NCBI GenBank assembly: GCA_963663805.2
Contig: CAXXMR010000009.1
Location: forward strand, 32,001-96,000
Reading direction: 5' to 3'
DNA from: Sedimentisphaerales bacterium
Lineage (GTDB): Bacteria; Planctomycetota; Phycisphaerae; Sedimentisphaerales; SM23-30
Length of the DNA stretch: 64,000 nucleotides
Every line of letters starts with the position of its first letter. The first letter of the stretch is position 1. Below, piece after piece: positions 21,284 through 32,982 of this stretch. The notes under the pieces are model-generated. The model was not told the DNA's origin, made no database searches, and worked only from the letters and a program-made list of their open reading frames with translations. The translations under genes were made by a program, and so were the position numbers.

Positions 21284-22533
21284 ATGTACCAGAGATTTGT
21301 TTTATTGTTAGTTTGCCTGATTACACTTCCAGCTGCGGGTTGGGGGCCGCCTCACCGCTACGCCTCGGAGGTAGCTATCGATTCTCTGCCGGAATGGCAA
21401 AGGGATATCATCGCCGCCGAACGTGAGGATTTTATAAATACCTACTGCATTATCCCCGACCTGGTACGGCAGCCTAACCTGAAACCAATATGGTCGCCTT
21501 ATCTGCTGGATGATTTCTATCTGCATTACGCGATTTCGACCGAGCATAATTACCGGGCCTACGAACATTACTTCAATCTGGTAAACAAGAAGTTTAAAGC
21601 AGGTGAAGTGCGCCAAGCCATGCGACATGCCGGGGCCTTCTCGCATTTCCTGCAGGATTCGACCTGCCCGGCACATTTTAGATACGCAGCCCAGACCCGG
21701 TTCTACGATGAAAATTTCAAGACACCTTCCTTTATCGGCTTGAATCCCTTTCAAAGACCTGATGTTCGTACCGGAGAAATACCAATATATCAGCCTGCAT
21801 AAAAGTGGTCGATAACGGCGGCTTTGAGCTGGAGCAATTGCGCCAAACCTATGGAACATACAAACCTCGCTTGCTGGGACGCACTATCGAGGAAGCCGTC
21901 TTCAATCTCGACCTGGAACACGAACGTTATATGACTGAATCGACCAAATGTATTGTCCCTATGCTGTCAGCGTATTTCGATGACGATTTGGAAGGCTACG
22001 GTCGGTACGGACTGCGGGCCGCGAACTTATCGACCAGACTTACCGCTGACTTCCTTTATACCGTTTTGTGCATATCGTCAAACAAGTTTGAAGAAAACGA
22101 TCTGGCAAAATTACCAAAAGAGTTTTCCCTGACGGATGTCCCCATTGCCGCGGCCAATAAAGTTCTGCCTGGATATGCCGAACCGATACCGGTTAAATTA
22201 AAGACCGCGGACAATACCATCCGGGATTTCGACAATGGTTTTGTGGTGGGCAGCGATACCGAATACAGTTTTATTGTTCCCCCAGGCCTTTTCAAGACCC
22301 TGGAAGTCCGTGTCGGCCAGCAGCCCGAATGTGGAGCTGAGGGGAAATGCCGCTTTGAGATTCTGCTGGATGGCAAATCGGTGAGCAAGACCGAAGAAAT
22401 CAGCGCTAAGGATGCTCCGCAGTTATTGAAAGTGCGGCTGGAACAGGCCCGAACCATTACCATCAAGACCGACGGCAGTAAGAAAGATGACAAAATCAAC
22501 GCCGTCTGGGCCCAGCCGATTTTGAAAATGTAA
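21284..22533 (+). pseudogene. Zinc-dependent phospholipase C / S1-P1 nuclease-like protein with C-terminal NPCBM-like domain, frameshifted
   Basis: Signal peptide then WGxxH, PD, HFLQDSTCPAH; two apparent +1 indels near 21750 and 21803 restore LHKVVD. Confidence 0.6.
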
Positions 22534-22557
22534 TTTGACCGATGCCAACCCTGTGCA

Positions 22558-23984
22558 CTAATATTCCAGGAGTGCTACGCCTGCGACTCCGCCAAACGTT
22601 CCGTTCGTATCCCTGACTCGGTCAATACCATCATCAGCCCCAATCGCGTAGGTCTCGCCCGGCATCAGGGTACTGTAGATCTCGCCCTTAACCCGAACAT
22701 CATAAATCCGGGCGGTGCCGATATGGTTCGAGGTCGCCGCATCGTCCCCGTTACCGTAATAATTACCGTTATCCCATATCCCCGCGATAAGGCTGGAATC
22801 AACCATATCCCCTTTAATAGTGACCTTTTCGATAATCACGTCGCCCCACTCATCATCATCTGCCGTGCGATAAATCAAATCATCGCCGATATCCACGCCT
22901 CCCATTATCTGACTGCGATTGACATCCTGGCCGACACTTATCTGTCCGATGCCGTTCAGTACCGAAATCAACGCCGAATCCAGGTCGCGTTTGATTTTAA
23001 TCGTCTCGATACTGCGCCCACTCTCAGGGTAATATCCTGACAATCACTTGCCTGGAACAGTTCTAAGTCTGCGGTAATGCCAAACTTGGTATTATCAACA
23101 TTCTCCCTGAAAATCATCTTGCCGCCCCGGTTCACGCGTATGGTCGAATCCATGACATCATTGTCAAATCTCGCGTCATCAAGTTCTCCGCCGACCTCAA
23201 GGGTGCTGCCACAGAAATTCCTGTCGATACGAAAATCCTCAATATTGCCGCCGACTTCCAGCAGACTGCTGCTTTGCACATAGCCATCAATATTCAAACT
23301 GCCCACGCTGCCTTCGATATTTAACATACTGTTCATAATAGACTTATCAATATCAATCGCCTTTACGCTGCCTCCCACCGCAATTATGGTTCCCGCCGTC
23401 AGCGACTGTTTGCAGGAAAAATCATCCAAATCACCAGCCACCGTGATACTCGAATTGCTAATGCCGCTGGCCGTATCACGCCGCGAACCAACCGACATCG
23501 AATCCAGGCTCCCACTTATGACAACAGTAAAATTCTCCAGCCTTCCCTCAACTTCCATATCCTGAATATCCCCGGAGATAGCTATCGAATTGGTATCAGT
23601 ACTCACCTTGCCCAGCGACTCAACCTCCAGCGACCTTATTCGACCACAGGTAAGCCCACCTAGATTGCCTTCGATATTCACCCTCCCCAAATCGGCACCG
23701 CCGGTAGTAATCAAGCCAACATTGACCAGCCCATCACCGTTTGTCGAGGTAACTTCAATGGTGAGGTCACTCTGAATGGTCGTACCAGTCAGAATCATAT
23801 TAGACAAATCCGCATTAAGAATAGTCCCCGGACCATCCAGAATTATCCGGTAATCATCCCAATCCGTATCAACTCCGGGTACCCCCTCCGACGAGAGCAG
23901 CACCCGCTTATCAAGAATCTCCAGAGTTAAGAAGCCGTCGTTGCACAATTCCTGATTTCTCAAGCACTTACAAGTCATGTTCAT
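22558..23984 (-). pseudogene. Planctomycete extracellular protein (LEPRxLL-like N-terminus, beta-solenoid-like repeats), one frameshift near 23015
   Basis: LEILDKRVLLS motif; repeated I-x-V-G-G-x-I/L strands continue across the two ORFs. Confidence 0.6.
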
Positions 23985-24168
23985 TCGTCAATCCCTCTGG
24001 GTTCACAGTTAATTATATCCTTAGTGCTATCGACAAACCCGTAAGGTTTTCTCCAAATGAGATCGCAGATAAAAAAAAGCTGGCAAATCTCCATACGATT
24101 ATTATACTTGGTCACCGGAATGAGGAACCCGTGATTCAACGGCTTGAAAAACGGGTAACTCGGCCCCT

Positions 24169-24240
<72 letters not shown>

Positions 24241-24393
24241 TTTCCGCTAACCTTTCAAAAACAGTAACTTAAATTTTGTTGCGTGACCGGGCGAGGGGGA
24301 TTAAGATAATCATCTATCGGGCCGCTTTTTACGGCAAAACTGAACGAGAAATCTGTTTTCCGTACCAGGAAAACCATGTCGGGAGTTTGTACG

Positions 24394-25469
24394 ATGAGCA
24401 AAATGTTACCTCTGAAATCACTATGGTTAGTTATCTGCTTATGCGGCCTGATTGGTCTGGCCGGCTGCAAGAAGGAAGAAGAACAAGCCGCTAATCCGCC
24501 GGCAATGTCCGAGCCCGAAGCGCCAGCGACTGCCGGGGATACCATTGAACTGTCCTACAGTATATTTTTCCCTCCCACTCACATTCAGTGCATTACCGCG
24601 ATGGACTGGGCCAAGGAATAGAAAAACGTACCGACGGCAAGGTCAAAATCACCGTTTATCCAGCCGGAACGCTGACCAAAGCACCCCAGTGCTATGAGGG
24701 TGTGGTCAACGGTATTTCTGATATTGGGATGAGCTGTTTCGCTTATACCCGAGGGCGTTTTCCGCTACTGGAAGGTCTGGATTTGCCGGTAGGCTATCCT
24801 AATGGCATGACAGCCACAAAAATCGCTACGGAACTAGCCCAAAAATACAAACCGGAAGAAATGGCCGACACCCACCTGCTCTATATACACGCTCACGGAC
24901 CCGGCATCCTGGCTTCCAAGAAGGCAGTGAAAAGCCTGGACGATATGGCAGGCCTGAAGGTGCGAGCTACAGGTCTATCCTCCAAGATTGTCGAAAAGCT
25001 GGGCGGTACGCCGGTAGCAATGAGCCAGCCCGAAACCTATGAAGCCCTGCAAAAAGGTGTGGTTGAAGCGACCTTCTGCCCCATCGAAACACTCAAAGGC
25101 TGGAAACAGGGTGAAGTAATTGATTTTGTTACCAATACCTCAAGTATCGGTTATACGACATCAATGTATGTGGTAATGAACAAAGCTTCGTGGGATAAAT
25201 TACCCGCGGAGGTAAAAAAGGTTTTCGATGAGGTCTGTGCCGAATGGGTAGCCAGGCACGGTGCCGCCTGGGATAAAGCCGACGAGGAAGGGCGGGAATT
25301 CGTGAAATCGCTGAACAAGGAAACAACCACCCTTTCAGCCGAAGAGCTGGTCCGCTGGAAAGAGGCCGTCAAACCGATTCTGGACCAGTATGTGGCTGAC
25401 ACCAAAACCAAAAACCTGCCGGGCGAAGAATTTCTCGCTGATGTACTGAAAAGCCTGGAAGGTAAATAG
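24394..25469 (+). CDS. dctP: TRAP transporter substrate-binding lipoprotein (DctP family), apparent 1-nt deletion near 24618
   Basis: LAGC lipobox, [23 protein letters not shown]; adding one A joins the two ORFs. Confidence 0.85.
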
Positions 25470-25489
25470 TTTTAATTCTTGATTTAACA

Positions 25490-25531
25490 AGCTCATCCCC
25501 AAGCCTCGGCAACGGGATGGGCTGTTTTTTT
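25490..25531 (+). terminator. Terminator/stabilising hairpin after dctP
   Basis: AGCTCATCCC / GGGATGGGCT stem followed by T-run. Confidence 0.65.
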
Positions 25532-25550
25532 ATTTGCGTGAGGTTAATAC

Positions 25551-26060
25551 TTGCTAAGTTTACTCCGAAGTATATCCCGCTTATTTACCAAAATACTGCG
25601 GGTACTGGTAAAGGTGATGACAGTGGTGGCGGCATTGGGGATAATGGCAATGCTGCTGGTTACCTGCATCGACGTCATTCTACGCGCATTCAATCGACCC
25701 CTCATCGGCGCTTTGGACATTGTCCGCATCGCCAGCGTAATAACCATTGCCGCAGCTATGCCGTATACCACCGCCTTGAAAGGCCATGTCGCGGTCGAAT
25801 ATTGCTTCCATAAACTCTCGCGGCGGGGACGGATTATCGTCGATACCATCTGGAGGATAATGGCCTGTACGCTGTTTGGCTGCCTCACCTGGCAGTGCCT
25901 GATTTACGCGGCATCCCTGAAAAAAAACGGGACAGTAACCCCAACATTACAAGTGCCGCTGTACTGGATACCATATGTACTGGCGTTTTCGTGCGGGCTG
26001 GTGGGCCTGGTAATCCTTCATAATATGCTGCATCCGGGCCAGGAGATGATTAAACCGTGA
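25551..26060 (+). CDS. dctQ: TRAP transporter small permease
   Basis: Four TM helices, DVILR, GHVAVE; gene context. Confidence 0.88.
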   Translation: MLSLLRSISRLFTKILRVLVKVMTVVAALGIMAMLLVTCIDVILRAFNRPLIGALDIVRIASVITIAAAMPYTTALKGHVAVEYCFHKLSRRGRIIVDTIWRIMACTLFGCLTWQCLIYAASLKKNGTVTPTLQVPLYWIPYVLAFSCGLVGLVILHNMLHPGQEMIKP

Positions 26061-27359
26061 GTCCCATCGAAATCGGTATAATCGGCTGTGCTTGTATGCT
26101 CATTCTGCTGATGAGCAGTATGCCCGTCGCCTTCGTTATGGCGGTGGTGGGCTTTATCGGTTTCGCTCTGATAGTCTCGCCCGCCGCGGCGCTCAGCATG
26201 ATTACCATTGATGTTTTCGACACGTTCAGTTCCTACAGCCTGACGGTCATACCCTTGTTTTGTACTTATGGGCCAGATTGCCTTTCATGCCGGAATAAGC
26301 CGCCGACTATTCGACGCCGCCTATCACTGGCTGGGACCGCTCTCCGGCGGACTGGCAATGTCAACGGTGGGCGCCTGTACCGCTTTTGGGGCAATCTGCG
26401 GCTCAGGACCAGCCACAGCGGCAACGATGGCAGCAGTAGCACTGCCGGAGATGAAACGCTACAAATACGATATGGAACTGGCCTGCGGGGCGGTCGCCGC
26501 CGGCGGCAGTCTGGGGATGCTTATTCCGCCCAGTGTGGTATTTATCGTTTACGCGATTATGACCGAACAATCTATCGGCAAACTTTTCATCGCGGGTATC
26601 GTACCGGGCATATTTATCGCCCTGCTCTTCTGCCTGACGATTTACATCAATTGCAAACGAAAGCCTCGGCTGGGACCAGCGGCACCATCGAGTTCGTGGA
26701 AAGAAAAATTCCTGTCCCTGACCGGTGTCAGCGAAACGATCATCCTTTTCGTACTGGTTATGGGCGGCATGTTCTTTGGCTTTTTCACGCCCACCGAAGC
26801 AGCCGCCATCGGTGCCGGTGGCTGTATTGCCATCGCCCTCATCAAAAGACAGCTCGACTGGAAAAGGTTCCAGCAATCGCTCCGCGAAACCATGCGAACC
26901 TCATGTATGGTAATCTTTATCGTCACCGGAGCGGTAATCTTCGGGCATTTCCTGGCCGTTACACGCATCCCCTTTGAGCTGGCCAGCTGGCTGGCGGGTC
27001 TTCACCTGCCGAGCTGGACCGTTATGGGGATGATAATCCTGTTCTATCTGTTGGCAGGCTGTTTTGTCGATGCCCTGGCTTTGATATTGTTGACAATACC
27101 CATTTTCACCCCGGTGGTCGCAGGGCTGGGTTATGACCCGATATGGTTCGGCGTAATAATCGTGGTAGTGACCCAGATGGGCGTAATCTCACCGCCGGTG
27201 GGCGTTAATGTGTACGTCGTCAGCGGCATAGCCCGTGATGTCCCGCTCCAAACGGTATTCAAAGGATCAATGCCGTTCCTGCTGGCCTTGATTATCGCCG
27301 CGGTGATTTTAGTGGCCTTCCCGCAGATAACCCTTTTCCTGCCCAACCTGATTAAATAA
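26057..27359 (+). CDS. dctM: TRAP transporter large permease, apparent 1-nt insertion near 26260
   Basis: IPLF-VLMG junction, LIPPS, FTPTEAAA, ISPPVG. Confidence 0.88.
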
Positions 27360-27373
27360 TAAACGAGGCAAAA

Positions 27374-27859
27374 ATGAGCGACTCAAATCTGCCCAAAGAC
27401 TTATTCAAAAAAGTTCTCTTCTGTACAGATTTCTCCGAGAATGCGAATTTCGCTTTCAACTTCGCTATTGATGCCGCAACACGCCGACCTGGATGCGAGC
27501 TTTTTCTCCTGCATGTTATCCCCGAAAGCGAAGCTCAGTTCTGGAAAACCTATATCTACGAAGTTGACAACGTCGATGACAAAGCCAAACATGACATCGA
27601 CGCTATTATCGCCGAACATTATCTGCCGCGCGTACCGACCAACCTGGAATTTCGTGTGAAAATCCGTGTTGGACGTGATACAACTCAAATTCTGGAATTC
27701 GCACGAGAACAGAATATAGACTTGATTGTAATGGGCCGACAGGGCCACTCCGCAATCGAGAAAGCCCTGTTCGGAAATGTCACCGAAAAAATCACGCGCA
27801 AAGCAGATTGTGCGGTGCTGGTAATCCCCCTGAGCTTTGAGCAAAAATTCAAGTCATAA
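27374..27859 (+). CDS. Universal stress protein
   Basis: KVLFCTDFS, DLIVMGRQG, LFGNVTEKI. Confidence 0.92.
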   Translation: MSDSNLPKDLFKKVLFCTDFSENANFAFNFAIDAATRRPGCELFLLHVIPESEAQFWKTYIYEVDNVDDKAKHDIDAIIAEHYLPRVPTNLEFRVKIRVGRDTTQILEFAREQNIDLIVMGRQGHSAIEKALFGNVTEKITRKADCAVLVIPLSFEQKFKS

Positions 27860-27909
27860 CTAAACTTTTCCAAAATGACCATTGGCCATACTATCTGCTC
27901 GACGAGGCT

Positions 27910-27993
27910 GACCCCGAAGGGGTCGTAATGTTGTTGTTTTGAATTTTGTGTTTAGAATTTAGAACTTAGAATTTCCAGTTTATCTGGCTTAGG
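27910..27993. repeat. REP-like hairpin plus TTTAGAA heptamer element (copy 3)
   Basis: GACCCCGAAGGGGTC; tttagaa tttagaa cttagaa tttcc agtttatctgg. Confidence 0.55.
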
Positions 27994-28082
27994 GTCAACC
28001 GAATTTGCCATAAGGCCGCATCGCTCATTATTGTTTCACCCCAAAAAAACAGAGAAAAGCAGGCCGCGAAAACTAAAATGCT

Positions 28083-29042
28083 CTAGCTTAGCTCAAAAAC
28101 TACTTTTATCTGGCGAGGGTCGGTTGAGGCGGCAAAGGCTTCCTCTGCCTGGTTGAGTTTGTAGCGGCCCGTAATCAGGCCGTTTACCACCACCTGGTCG
28201 GATGCCAGAGCGCTGAGGGCTTCGGGAAACGGGCCGCAGCGGGAACCTATAAGGGTGATTTCATTGATGACCAGGGGAGACAGGTCGATATTACAGTTAT
28301 GGGCAACCCATGTGCTTTTCATAACCAGCCGCCCGCGGGGACGTACCAGACAGCAGGCATCGGTAAAGCCTTGAGGAGTTCCGGTGCAATCGACCACGAC
28401 ATCCCATTCTGGTTTAATGTGCAGGTCTTCACGCAGGATGCCCTGAATACCGCGTTTTTCTGCAAAATTTAGTTTTTCCTGATGTTTGCCGACCAGCACA
28501 ACCCGGCCAGCCTTGGCGGCCAGAACCTGGACGGTCAGCAGACCTAGCCGACCGTCACCTAAAACCGCGATTTTGTGACGCTTTTCGATAGGAATCTGGC
28601 GGACAATCTGCAATGCCGCGGCGAGCGGTTCTACAAAAACCGCCTGCTCGTCCGTTACGGAATCAGGCACTAGGTGAATATTGCGGGCCGGCAAAGCGAT
28701 GTAATCAGCAAAAACCCCGTCGTGCTGGTCAATTCCAAGGGTTTTTCGTTCGCGGCAATGATTGCTCAGACCGGATTGGCACATGTCGCATTTGCCGCAG
28801 ACGCAACTGATTTCAGCGACGACACGCTTCCCGTTAAGTTCACGCGGTCCCTTGACGACCGTGCCGACGAATTCGTGGCCTGGAACGCCGGAAAAGTTCA
28901 TATAGCCCTTGACGATTTCCTGGTCGGTGGCGCAGATGCCTGCCATCTTGACCTTGATGAGAACCTCGGAGGAGATGGGTTTGGGATCGGGGTATACCGG
29001 GTTGAATTTGATTTGCTGATTTTGAAAAACTATTGCCCGCAT
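28083..29042 (-). CDS. Zinc-dependent alcohol dehydrogenase (MDR family)
   Basis: GICATD, GHEFVG, CGKCDMC...HC, GDGRLG. Confidence 0.93.
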   Translation of the reverse strand: MRAIVFQNQQIKFNPVYPDPKPISSEVLIKVKMAGICATDQEIVKGYMNFSGVPGHEFVGTVVKGPRELNGKRVVAEISCVCGKCDMCQSGLSNHCRERKTLGIDQHDGVFADYIALPARNIHLVPDSVTDEQAVFVEPLAAALQIVRQIPIEKRHKIAVLGDGRLGLLTVQVLAAKAGRVVLVGKHQEKLNFAEKRGIQGILREDLHIKPEWDVVVDCTGTPQGFTDACCLVRPRGRLVMKSTWVAHNCNIDLSPLVINEITLIGSRCGPFPEALSALASDQVVVNGLITGRYKLNQAEEAFAASTDPRQIKVVFELS

Positions 29043-29236
29043 CTTCCGGGTTACTCCATCCTAAATGACAGTCTGGCCAGGGAATGTTTTTTTTTGTAAA
29101 CGCTCACCAAAAAACAAGATTTTGGGGCTAAAAACGCGAAATTTTCCTGAAATTTCTCCAAAAACGTGAAATTTTTCGCAAAAAACGGCCCGTCTAGGCA
29201 TTTTTGCGCTGAAAAATAGGGCTTTTTTGCCGCTGA

Positions 29237-29953
29237 CTACCAGATTTTGTACCAGGGTTTGTCGGTGTTTTCTCTGGGGGCAATGACCTGGTCAGTGCCC
29301 TGTCGCCATTTCCGCCAGGCTTGACGGTCATATTCTAAGTCCTGGCCAGTCAGGGTGTTAAGTGATTCCCGACAGCGGAAAAGAACGGAAAAAATCCTGC
29401 TCATCCAGCGTCTCGATGAGGGCATCGACGACTTTGTCGTCCGGGAAAAAGCCCAATGTCTCAGCAGCCCGCCCACGAACCCGAACATCCTCATCATCAC
29501 GCAAAATTTCGATAAGCAGATTTTGAGATTGCTCGTTATTCCTTTCCTTAAAAACGTTTATAGTTTCCAGTCTTACGTCTGGGGCGGGGTCAACGGCGGT
29601 TTTTTCGAGTACCTGGGGCAAATATTGCTCTTCGCTATCAATTTTCACCAGGGCCGACACCGCAGCAGCACGAACAAATGAGCTTTCATCGTCGGTAGCC
29701 ATCAGAGCCACAAGCTCACCGGTCGATTCCCAGTTAAGTGCTTGCCCTTCCGTCAGTTGGAGTACAGCCTGCTGGCGATGGTGGGCACTGGGGGCTGCGT
29801 AGCATAGTCATAATCTGACGATTCTTCTCAGCCTGGGAGGGGACCCATGACTTTGCTGACCAGCCTGGTCAGAGTGGTCTCTTTACCAGCCTGGCAGCCA
29901 ATCAAGCAAAAAAACAATGCCACAACAAAAACTATTTTCGATAACTTCAGCAT
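29237..29953 (-). pseudogene. HEAT-repeat lipoprotein with several frameshifts
   Basis: AAGGAG RBS, LIGC lipobox in shifted frame, VRAAAVSAL and VRGRAAETLG repeats in split ORFs. Confidence 0.6.
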
Positions 29954-30039
29954 TTAACGCTCCTTGTACGTAGTTCAGGGAAACGGTAATCTACGGCAAA
30001 AAAGTGAATCTGGCAAGGGCCTGTTGGTCGAATAATTTG

Positions 30040-30725
30040 GCCCAGGCGGATATTTCTGTACAAAGCATTCCGATATTTTCGATACGGCGACCCGAAAGAG
30101 GCTGCCGTGTCATCGACCTTAGCTCGTTTTCCGCAATGTTCAACCAACTGCCGTGTTTGGGCGTATAGTATGACCCAATATTAAATTTTCCGTTTCGTCA
30201 TCTCATTTTTTTTAGCGTTCTGCGAACCGTTTCGTAGCTAATCGAGTCTGCGATTTCCAATTTCACGATCTGCTCAGCCAGCAATCGCAGACTCCAGTTG
30301 GCAAATCCAGACGGCGGATTGCCCAGCCGCAACGCGATAATTTCTGCTTCTTGTTTCCCATCGAGAATTTTGGGCCTTGGCCCGGTTTCGCGTTTTTTCC
30401 GGTTCAACACAGCATCGAAGCCTTCGGTAACGAGTCGGCGTCGAACATTCTCGACAGTTTGTGTTCGACAGGAAAAAGCCTCGGCTATTTTGGCGTCTGA
30501 CCAGTTTAGTCCGCCAACATCCGCCTTGAGAAGGATGCTGGCACGCTGGACTTTTTGGGGCGTTCCTTTCAGTTTTTTTAACGATGTCACGTAACAGACT
30601 CCGTTCTTCCTCTGAAAGCCGAACAATGTATTTTTTGACCATGAGTAATCCTCCATGATTAGCAAACTCATAGAGAATTATCGGCAACGTACACCCAAAT
30701 CTTTAATTATGACAAAACAGTAGTA
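30040..30725 (-). mobile_element. IS630-family remnant, internally deleted
   Basis: MVKKYIVRL..., WSLRLLA, ETVRRTLKK HTH region joined almost directly to the YTPKHGSWLNIAE DDE tail; ends approximate. Confidence 0.85.
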
Positions 30726-31242
30726 TTGCTCTCTTTTTCATAACATTTCCCTTCTTTAAGTGGTTAAATTGTTAGTACATAGACATCTCCCCACGATACG
30801 ATCTCAACGGCACAACCCCTTTTGAATAAGTTTTTCTACGCAGGAAAAACACAGCATTGACCCAGATCACAAGAACCCAACCGCAATACTCAAGTCGGTA
30901 TAAAAAAACTTGCCTGGTCTAACTGGCACAAAAAACGTAAAAAAGAAAGAACCGCAAAAACGCCCGCCAACCAAAGATATTGGCGGCACCAGAAGTTTAT
31001 TACTTGTCAAACTCGACTCGGTAGGTATAACACATAATAGGCTATTTGTCCAATGTGAACATAATTTCTACCATCGGAAACAAAAATTTAACCGTTCAGA
31101 GCTACTCGCAAATATCCATCTACAACTGTTATGGGTACGATCCAGCCGCTGGCAGTACCTCTATAAACAAAACCAAAAACACCCCACAGATAAGTTTCCA
31201 TCTTTTTATTTTTTCTGAAAAATTTGTTTAGGTTAACCCAAT

Positions 31243-31983
31243 TTATAATCCCCGCCTTTTACGCATCCAGCCAACCAGGCCCATCCCTAATCCGCCCAGA
31301 AGAATCGCGCCGGGGGCGGGAACGATATATGGAGTATTGCTGGGAACTCTTACGAGCATGTCTTGTATGGCTTCTCCGGTATTCATATCCCAGAGGTTTA
31401 CTACCGCGATTTTGCTATTGGTCCAGCCTTCCTGGGAGACTTTGTAATGTGCTTGCAGTACCAGATCCGCAGCACCTTCTGTTAAGCCATCGTTCATGAT
31501 CACGGATTTATCAGCTAAAGATGGAGTTGCCACAATCTCGGCCTCCAGATACCAGATAGCTAACTGATAATCCCGAGCCAGATAGTCATCATCATTCCCG
31601 CTGCCGTCAATTCCATAATTATCAAGATAATCCAAATAGACCCAGGCTGTTTCATGACTGAGCGGGTCTTTGCCGTTTGTATGGCCGTAGATACCGCCTT
31701 CCTGAGCGAACACGCTCAGTTCGGCATCATATTCTCCGTTTAAATCGACCTGCTCGTCCGCTTCGATACAAAAAGTTATAAATTCGTCGTTTTCGCCGAT
31801 GTCGAGTACGCCGTCGGCAAACCCATAGGCGGTGAAAAGCATTTCCCCGGCACGAGCACCCTGAGTAAAACCGATGTAGACTCTGTAATCCTGCATTCCG
31901 TTGAAAACGACCGTCGGAGTTGCCCATGCCGAAACCGCCATTAACAACGAAATAACTACTGCAAAGCTTATTCTAACCTTCAT
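31243..31983 (-). CDS. PEP-CTERM-type (VPAPG variant) surface protein
   Basis: Signal peptide, TFCIE, QLAIWYL, C-terminal VPAPGAILLGGLGMGLVGWMRKRR. Confidence 0.88.
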   Translation of the reverse strand: MKVRISFAVVISLLMAVSAWATPTVVFNGMQDYRVYIGFTQGARAGEMLFTAYGFADGVLDIGENDEFITFCIEADEQVDLNGEYDAELSVFAQEGGIYGHTNGKDPLSHETAWVYLDYLDNYGIDGSGNDDDYLARDYQLAIWYLEAEIVATPSLADKSVIMNDGLTEGAADLVLQAHYKVSQEGWTNSKIAVVNLWDMNTGEAIQDMLVRVPSNTPYIVPAPGAILLGGLGMGLVGWMRKRRGL

Positions 31984-32034
31984 TTTGTTTCTCCTTGGCG
32001 TTTATAACTCAACTCAAAAAAATCCGCTAAGGGA

Positions 32035-32050
32035 CTGGCACGAAATAAGC
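32035..32050 (+). promoter_or_regulatory. Possible sigma-54 -24/-12 site
   Basis: TGGCACG-AAAT-AAGC with correct GG-N10-GC spacing; points away from the PEP-CTERM gene. Confidence 0.3.
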
Positions 32051-32133
32051 ACGGCAATTTAACTCGAACTCATTTCCGTTTTTTGGACGGATAGATTGTG
32101 TAATTCCAATCACCATGGAATTTGTGTTTTTTC

Positions 32134-32954
32134 GTAACACTTTAGCCAAGTGAAGCAGAGAACTCCGCGAGTTTTGGCAATTTGCCGGTTTTGATGTATG
32201 TTCGCAGGGCTTTTTTGATGGTAGCAACCGGGTTTTAGGCCGCGTTGTTTCAGGGTAAAGAACACGCTCATCATGATGGCGTTTCAAACGCTTAATCAAC
32301 CGCTGAGCTTCCTTGTTCGACCACTCATCGGTTACGATCGGCTCAACCGCCTTGCGACAGTTCGGACACCAGTCGCGATGAATAACATGCTTTACCGTCT
32401 CAACGCGAACATCTTCCGGAATGTCTTCGATGACTCATTCACGTGTGCCGGAACATTTTTTCAGTTCGCCGCCGCAGTCCGGACAACATGAAGCGCGATG
32501 TTCTTCGGTGCGGTCTATTTGGGTCGGCAGATTGCGGCGAGTACCTTGATGCCCTTTTTTACGGCCAAACTTTTTGCCGCGTTTTTTATCTGTTTTGTTC
32601 GGCTTGACAAAAATCGGCTTCTGACCTGAGGGACACGAAGGATCAGCCGGACTGCCGGCAACTAACGTACCTTGTGTTTTTTCCACTGCCAGTTTCGACA
32701 GTCTCAGCAAAACAAAAACCACCGCCTCTTCACCCTGAGCAAAAATAGCTTTGGCCTGTTCCGCAGTCAATTCCTGCTCTAAGGCCAGGTCGGCGATAGT
32801 CTGTTCAGCATTCGGCTTCATCATGCCGATACTATAAACCATTACACACAATAGCGCAAATTGCCTATCTTGACATTTTGAAGTTTTTTTGTCTTTTTTT
32901 TGCACAAGCCAACCCAAAAGCTATAGAATTTGCTTCACTTGGCTAAAATATTAC
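32134..32954 (-). mobile_element. Non-autonomous deleted copy (821 bp) of the IS66-family element at 57613..59202
   Basis: Both terminal IRs retained, near-identical internal sequence, two deletions, premature stop, no TSD. Confidence 0.93.
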
Positions 32955-32982
32955 TAATTGTTATGAATATAGAGGAGTCGTC

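Noticed and set aside
26268..26977. 306-aa ORF 26057..26977 as a separate protein
   Set aside because: Only its first about 68 aa are DctM; the rest is out-of-frame read-through after an indel.
30726..31242. Small ORFs and a possible promoter in the AT-rich spacer
   Set aside because: No RBS-supported ORF with recognisable features; the evidence is too weak to call a gene or sRNA.
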